Source: an uncultured Holophagales bacterium
GTDB taxonomy: Bacteria > Acidobacteriota > Thermoanaerobaculia > Multivoradales > UBA5704
NCBI GenBank assembly: GCA_963842525.1
Contig: CAWJGT010000016.1
Span: forward strand, 1 to 11,773
Reading direction: 5' to 3'
Length of the DNA stretch: 11,773 bases
Of the stretch, positions 7,813 to 11,773 are shown in pieces; position 1 is the first letter of the stretch; each line of letters starts with the position of its first letter. The translations under genes were made by a program, and so were the position numbers. The notes under the pieces were generated by a model, which ran no database searches, was not told the DNA's origin, and worked only from the letters and a program-made list of their open reading frames with translations.

Positions 7813-7881
7813 TGTCTATCCTCCAGAGTCGGCAACGACGTTCAAGAGAAGGCAGTCCCCTCACCTCGGGGAGGGAAGGCT

Positions 7882-7951
7882 GACTCACGAGATCCCCAAG
7901 GATTGGGGGCGGAGCACTATGAGGAAGGGACGCTCGAATCCTGCCGGAGTA
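7882..7951 (+). pseudogene. trmO: Second degenerate trmO fragment (copy of 799-870)
   Basis: 61 of 72 aligned columns are identical with two 1-nt gaps; the first 20 nt (gactcacgagatccccaagg) are exact. Weaker similarity may extend to ~7968. Confidence 0.88.
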
Positions 7952-7958
7952 TTAGACC

Positions 7959-8069
7959 GGCCTTCCAGCTCCAACTCCGGTCACCGTCTTGGAGCAGGAC
8001 CGCCAGCGCCCGCAACGCCTGTACGCCACGCCCATGACAGGAGGGCTGTGGCAGGTCGACTTCAGGTGA
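7959..8069 (+). pseudogene. C-terminal remnant of a BNR/WD40-like beta-propeller repeat protein
   Basis: Frame +3 reads GLPAPTPVTVLEQDRQRPQRLYATPMTGGLWQVDFR*, fitting the GLP..V..L..D...P..LYA....GGLW blade pattern. There is no start or upstream gene body. Confidence 0.55.
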
Positions 8070-8664
8070 CCCGCTGGAGAGGAGTGCCGGTTGCGGCGGC
8101 TTCGCGCAGCTTGGGATCGGGCTTCAGGCCGAAGCCGTCGGCCATGCGCGGGAAGTAGTTGAAGATGGCCACGATGTGGGCGACTTCGAGGAGGCCCTGC
8201 TCGTCGAGCCCGGCATCGCGTAGCGGCTGCCAGTCCTCGGCGGTCATCTCCGTCGGGGTCAGGGTCATCTTCTCGGCGAGCGTGCAGAGTGCCCGCTGCC
8301 GCGGAGTGAGGTGGGCCAGCTCGCGCCAGCGGCGCCGCTTGATCGCCTCGACCAGCTCCCGATCGTTGTGCTCGACACGCAGAAACTCTGCGTGAGATTC
8401 CGTTCAGTACTCGCAGTCCTGGGCCGCCGAGGCGACCGCGGCGAGCATCTCCCGTTCAGCACGGTCGAGCGCTCCGGGCGCGAACATCATCTCGTAGAAC
8501 GCCGTCTGCAGGGCCTTGCCGATCCGCTCGTGCGCAGCGAGCAGGCGGGACATCCCGCCGATGAAACCGAAGTTGTAGGTCGGCTTCATACCGGACCCCT
8601 CCCTCCGGACGCGCATCTCCTCATCCGTGGGCAGGGTGATGAAGGGCTTCTGGTCGTCTGCCAT
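8062..8664 (-). CDS. AhpD/carboxymuconolactone decarboxylase-family peroxidase-related protein with an in-frame UGA (probable selenoprotein, CxxU)
   Basis: RBS aaggagg and ATG 8664. Reads ...LDRAEREMLAAVASAAQDCEY-[TGA 8406-8404, codon 87]-TESHAEFLRVEHNDRELVEAIKRRRWRELAHLTPRQRALCTLAEKMTLTP...VAHIVAIFNYFPRMADGFG. One frame of 200 aa joins the 8404..8697 and 8062..8268 ORFs. Confidence 0.9.
8371..8403 (-). promoter_or_regulatory. Candidate bacterial SECIS hairpin
   Basis: mRNA after the UGA: ACGGAAUCU-CACGCAGA-GUU-UCUGCGUG-UCGAG. Perfect 8-bp stem (8376-8394); the apical loop begins with G, 18 nt after the UGA. Confidence 0.65.
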
Positions 8665-8722
8665 CCCGGCCTCCTTCGCTGCGAAAGCTCGCCGCATTGT
8701 ACCCCGGCCGGACAGCCCCCCC

Positions 8723-8778
8723 GGGCTTCAAGCCCCCTTCAGGGGCGCTGTTCCTAGCCCGGCGATTCATCGCCGGGC
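8723..8778. repeat. Intergenic REP-like palindromes or terminator-like hairpins
   Basis: gcccggcgat-tc-atcgccgggc (8757-8778, 10-bp arms), cccc-ttca-gggg (8734-8745) and gggctt-c-aagccc (8723-8735). Confidence 0.55.
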
Positions 8779-8800
8779 GTTCCGCAGGCCCCCGCCCCCC

Positions 8801-9545
8801 TCACTTCCTTCGCAGGAACCGCCGCACGACCTGGTGGATCAGGTGGGCGTCGCCGGCGGTGTCGGGTCCGAAGGCGATGCCCGCGTAGGTGCCTTCCAGC
8901 CAGGTGATGGTCCCGATCACCCGCAGGAGGGGGGGCTCGCCCGGGAGCCCCAGGGTGAAGCGGACCGGCTGCTGCGTTTCCCAGGCGTCCGGCGCTCCGG
9001 AGATGCCGATGCCCCCGAGCGAGACGTTCTCCAGTTGGACCGGGAGCACGGTGCCGTCGTCAAGCGTGATCTCGGCGTCGGCTCCCAGGTGGATGCGCAC
9101 GTCCCGCTGCCCGGCGAGCCCCAGGAGGGCGGAAACGCTCATCCCGTGCCGGCGGATCACCTCGGCGCGGAACTTGAGCTCCACCATGGGGTTGTCCGCC
9201 AAAAGGGTGATCAGGTCGCCCCGGTCGATGCGCAGCAGGACCGTGGGCAGGGCGGTGCGCGCCGAGGCGATCCGCCGCGCCTTGTCGTTGAGCAGCCCCA
9301 TCTCACCGAAGAAGCCGCCGGCCTCCAGGCGCGCCAGCACCTCCATCGGCTTGCCCTTCTCCTCCCGGAAGACGGTCACCAGCCCCTCCCGGACCAGATA
9401 GAAGGCATCGACCGGGTCACCCTCCCGGTAGACGATCTGCTTCGGCGGGAGCGACTCCTCGCGAGCCATCGCCTCCAGCCGCTGGAGCTGGTCTTCCGGG
9501 AAGCTCCTGGAAGAGCGCCACCTTCCGCAGAAACTCTCTCAGCAA
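8801..9545 (-). CDS. Cyclic nucleotide-binding (cNMP/CAP_ED) domain + PilZ domain protein, frameshifted at ~9497
   Basis: TTG 9545 after ggagg gives (M)LREFLRKVALFQELP; after one extra base, EDQLQRLEAMAREES...IVYREGDPVDAFYLVREG...GGFFGEMGLL...RIASARTA (cNMP). The C-terminus QRDVRIH...LENVSLGGIGI...VIGTITW...AGIAF is PilZ-like. The start is uncertain (TTG 9564 is an alternative). Confidence 0.85.
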
Positions 9546-9665
9546 AACGGCCCTCCGTCTCCAAGCCGCCCCCTCTGGCCCGTGCGGGCGGAGTCAAGGG
9601 ATGAGCTTTTCAAAAAAGACGCCCCGTATTGTGTTGCGTCTCGGCCGTTCCGGCAAGCCCGGCCC

Positions 9666-11773
9666 CTACTCCAGCTCGCGGATGAGGTCCGCGAGCTGGT
9701 CCCGCTCGCGCGGATCGATCTCCAGGGTGAGGGCACGGCGGAAGCAGCGCAGGGCGTTGGGACGGTCGTCCAGCGTCTCGTAATAGATCGCGCCCGCCGT
9801 CTTCCAGGCGTCCAGGCGGTTCGGCTGGAGGCGCAGGAGCTGCTCGTAGAGCTGCACGGCCTCCTGGTGCCGGCCGAGCTGGAAGGCGGCCTGGGCCGCG
9901 CTCTCCAGGGGTGAGGGGTCGAGGGGGCTCCGCCGCGCGGCCTCGCGGAAGTCGCGCAGCGCCTCGGCCGGCCGGCCGCTCTCGGCCTGGACTCCCCCGC
10001 GCGTCAGATAAACCTCGGCGGTGTGGCTCCCGGCCTCGACCGAAGCGTCGAGGAACCGCAAGGCACCCGCCCGGTCCCCCCGCCCGCGCAGCAGGCGTGC
10101 CAGGCTCACCGCCGCCTCTCCCAGGGTGGGATCAAGCTCCAGGGCGCGGCGGTACTCCGCCTCCGCCTCCTGCCGCCGTCCCAGGGCCAGCAGGCAGTCC
10201 GCGGCGCCGGCCACCGGGGTGGCCGACCTCCCGTTCTCCCGCTCCGCCCGCTGGTACAGGGCGAGCGCCGATTCGTGCCGCCCGGCCTGCTTCAGGCAGA
10301 AACCCGCCAGGTTGAGGGCAGGAACGTTGCGCGGGTCGCGGCGGACGACGTCCTGGAGCGCCGGCAGGGCCGCGGAGCACTTCCCCTGCTGCACGGTCGC
10401 CACGGCCGCGTCGAGGGCCCGCTTGACGTCCATCATCCGCCGCGGGTCCGGGAGCCCCTTCCCCACGGCGCCGCCGGACGATCCGCCGAGATAGCCGAGG
10501 CTCGCCAGCCGCTCCCGTTCCCCGGCGCTGAGGTCGGCGCCGGCGCGCACCTCGGCATCAAGGTCCTCGCCGGACTTCTTCAGGAGATCGCGCAGCCGCC
10601 GCTCCCAGAGCCGTAGCGCAGCCGGCTGCTGCGGCGCCAGGTCCTCGTCCTCCTCGGGATCGGAAGGAAGCTGGTAGAGGCTCCCCGTCGGCCCGTGAAC
10701 ATAGAGGAAGCGGTCGGTCGAGAGCGCCCGCAGTGGGTACCACTTGTAGGAGAAGAACGGCAGGAAGGCCTCGCTATAGCTCATCCGGTAGCAGCCTCCT
10801 CTGCCATGGAGGAGGGGGAGCAGATCCTCGCCGTCGAGCCCCGCGGGGGCCGGTCCGCCGGCGAGGGTGAGCAGCGTGGGCGCGACGTCGGCGGTCCGCA
10901 CCAGGCAGTCCACGCTGCGGCCGCCCGGGATGCCGGGGCCGGCGAGGAGCAGCGGCACCCGCCGCGCCCCGCCATAGGGTAACAGCCCGTGCTCCTCCTC
11001 GCCATGCTCGCCGAGCATCTCGCCATGGTCTGCGACCACCACGACGGCGGCGTCCTTGGGCAGGCCCGCCAGGAGGCGGCCGATCTGCTCGTCCATGAAG
11101 GCGATCTCGCCGTCGTAGAGGCGGTGCGGCCCGGTCGCGGCATCGGCGAAACGGCTGGGCGGCCGGTACTCCCGGTGCGGATCGAAATAGTGCACCCAGA
11201 GGAAGAAGGGGGCGCGCAGCTTCCCGGCGGCGGCCAGGGCGGTATCGGTCGCCGCCTCGGCGGTGCGCTCGCTGACCTCGGTGCCCTGGGCATAGCCCGC
11301 TCCCAGGTCGTCGTCGTAGAGGCGGAAGCCCTGGGCGAGGCCGTGCCGGCGCGCCAGGACCACGGCCGAGACCACGGCGGCAGTGTCCCAGCCGCGGGCC
11401 GCCAGCCGCTCGGCCACGGTCTCGAAGCGGCCGGCGAGCGTGAAGGTGCCGTTGTCCCGCACTCCATGCCGGGGCGGATAGAGGCCGGTCAGCAGCGTGG
11501 CATGGCTCGGCAGGGTCAAGGGCGCCGCCGTGTCGCAGCGCGAGAAGCGGGCGCCGCGCGCGGCCAGGGCGTCCAGGACGGGCGTCCGCGCGTGGGGCCA
11601 GCCCCAGGCCCCGAGGTGGTCGGCGCGGGTCGTGTCGAGGGTGATCAGGACCACGCTGCGGGCGGCCGGCGGCGGTGCGTGTCTGGCCTGCCGGACCGGA
11701 GCGGCCTCCGCCAGGAACGCGGCGCAGGCTGCGGCAAAAAAAACCCACGCGGCCGCGGCTCGTTTTGGCCTCC
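9666..11773 (-). CDS. Secreted sulfatase-like (alkaline phosphatase superfamily) hydrolase with C-terminal TPR repeats; 5' partial
   Basis: VLITLDTTRADHLG, APLTLPSHATLLTGLYP, FFLWVHYFDPH, YDGEIAFMD and ADHGE, followed by TPR-like repeats (YRRALELDP, YEQLLRLQP, FRRALTLE). The frame stays open upstream of 11654 to the window edge through signal-peptide-like RPKRAAAAWVFFAAACAAFLAEA. Confidence 0.92.
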   Translation of the reverse strand, partial: RPKRAAAAWVFFAAACAAFLAEAAPVRQARHAPPPAARSVVLITLDTTRADHLGAWGWPHARTPVLDALAARGARFSRCDTAAPLTLPSHATLLTGLYPPRHGVRDNGTFTLAGRFETVAERLAARGWDTAAVVSAVVLARRHGLAQGFRLYDDDLGAGYAQGTEVSERTAEAATDTALAAAGKLRAPFFLWVHYFDPHREYRPPSRFADAATGPHRLYDGEIAFMDEQIGRLLAGLPKDAAVVVVADHGEMLGEHGEEEHGLLPYGGARRVPLLLAGPGIPGGRSVDCLVRTADVAPTLLTLAGGPAPAGLDGEDLLPLLHGRGGCYRMSYSEAFLPFFSYKWYPLRALSTDRFLYVHGPTGSLYQLPSDPEEDEDLAPQQPAALRLWERRLRDLLKKSGEDLDAEVRAGADLSAGERERLASLGYLGGSSGGAVGKGLPDPRRMMDVKRALDAAVATVQQGKCSAALPALQDVVRRDPRNVPALNLAGFCLKQAGRHESALALYQRAERENGRSATPVAGAADCLLALGRRQEAEAEYRRALELDPTLGEAAVSLARLLRGRGDRAGALRFLDASVEAGSHTAEVYLTRGGVQAESGRPAEALRDFREAARRSPLDPSPLESAAQAAFQLGRHQEAVQLYEQLLRLQPNRLDAWKTAGAIYYETLDDRPNALRCFRRALTLEIDPRERDQLADLIRELE

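Noticed and set aside
7856-7876. Small hairpin tcccc-tcacctc-gggga upstream of the oxoamine synthase gene
   Set aside because: A 5-bp stem with no U-tract is too weak to call a terminator or riboswitch.
1208-8061. Integron cassette array or IS/prophage
   Set aside because: Genes are in mixed orientation, and I saw no recurring attC-like sites, integrase, transposase, terminal inverted repeats or phage genes.
8627-9604. Long alternative ORFs (8627..9604 +, 5035..5772 +, 3228..3857 +, 10774..11748 -, 1..696 +)
   Set aside because: These are antisense or off-frame shadows of well-supported genes in GC-rich DNA, with no recognisable motifs.

Overview
GC-rich bacterial window; the gene set (TPR-sulfatase-like hydrolase, cNMP-PilZ protein, BNR-like remnant) is suggestive of Acidobacteriota, but that is an inference. 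The left side is core-like: a HAD hydrolase and trmO. The right side is also core-like: an AhpD/CMD peroxidase-related gene, a cNMP-PilZ gene and a sulfatase-like TPR gene. Between them lies a ~6.8 kb mosaic accessory region (1208-8061) with an antitoxin-like ORF plus a possible toxin remnant, a DJ-1/PfpI gene, a nitrilase-family gene, a Cys-rich hypothetical gene, an HD-CE + HSP90-like ATPase gene (candidate conflict/defence protein), a 42-bp palindrome-containing tandem array and an alpha-oxoamine synthase gene. Two signals are missed by the ORF track. (1) The AhpD-like gene is one continuous frame (8664-8062) with an in-frame UGA in a C-E-Y-U motif, followed by a SECIS-like hairpin, so it is a probable selenoprotein. 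(2) The junctions of the accessory region contain decayed copies of pieces of the flanking genes: two different trmO fragments, the 3' end of the AhpD-like gene and a lone array unit. This marks an insertion hotspot with no visible integrase. Several genes carry single-base frameshifts that look like sequencing errors.
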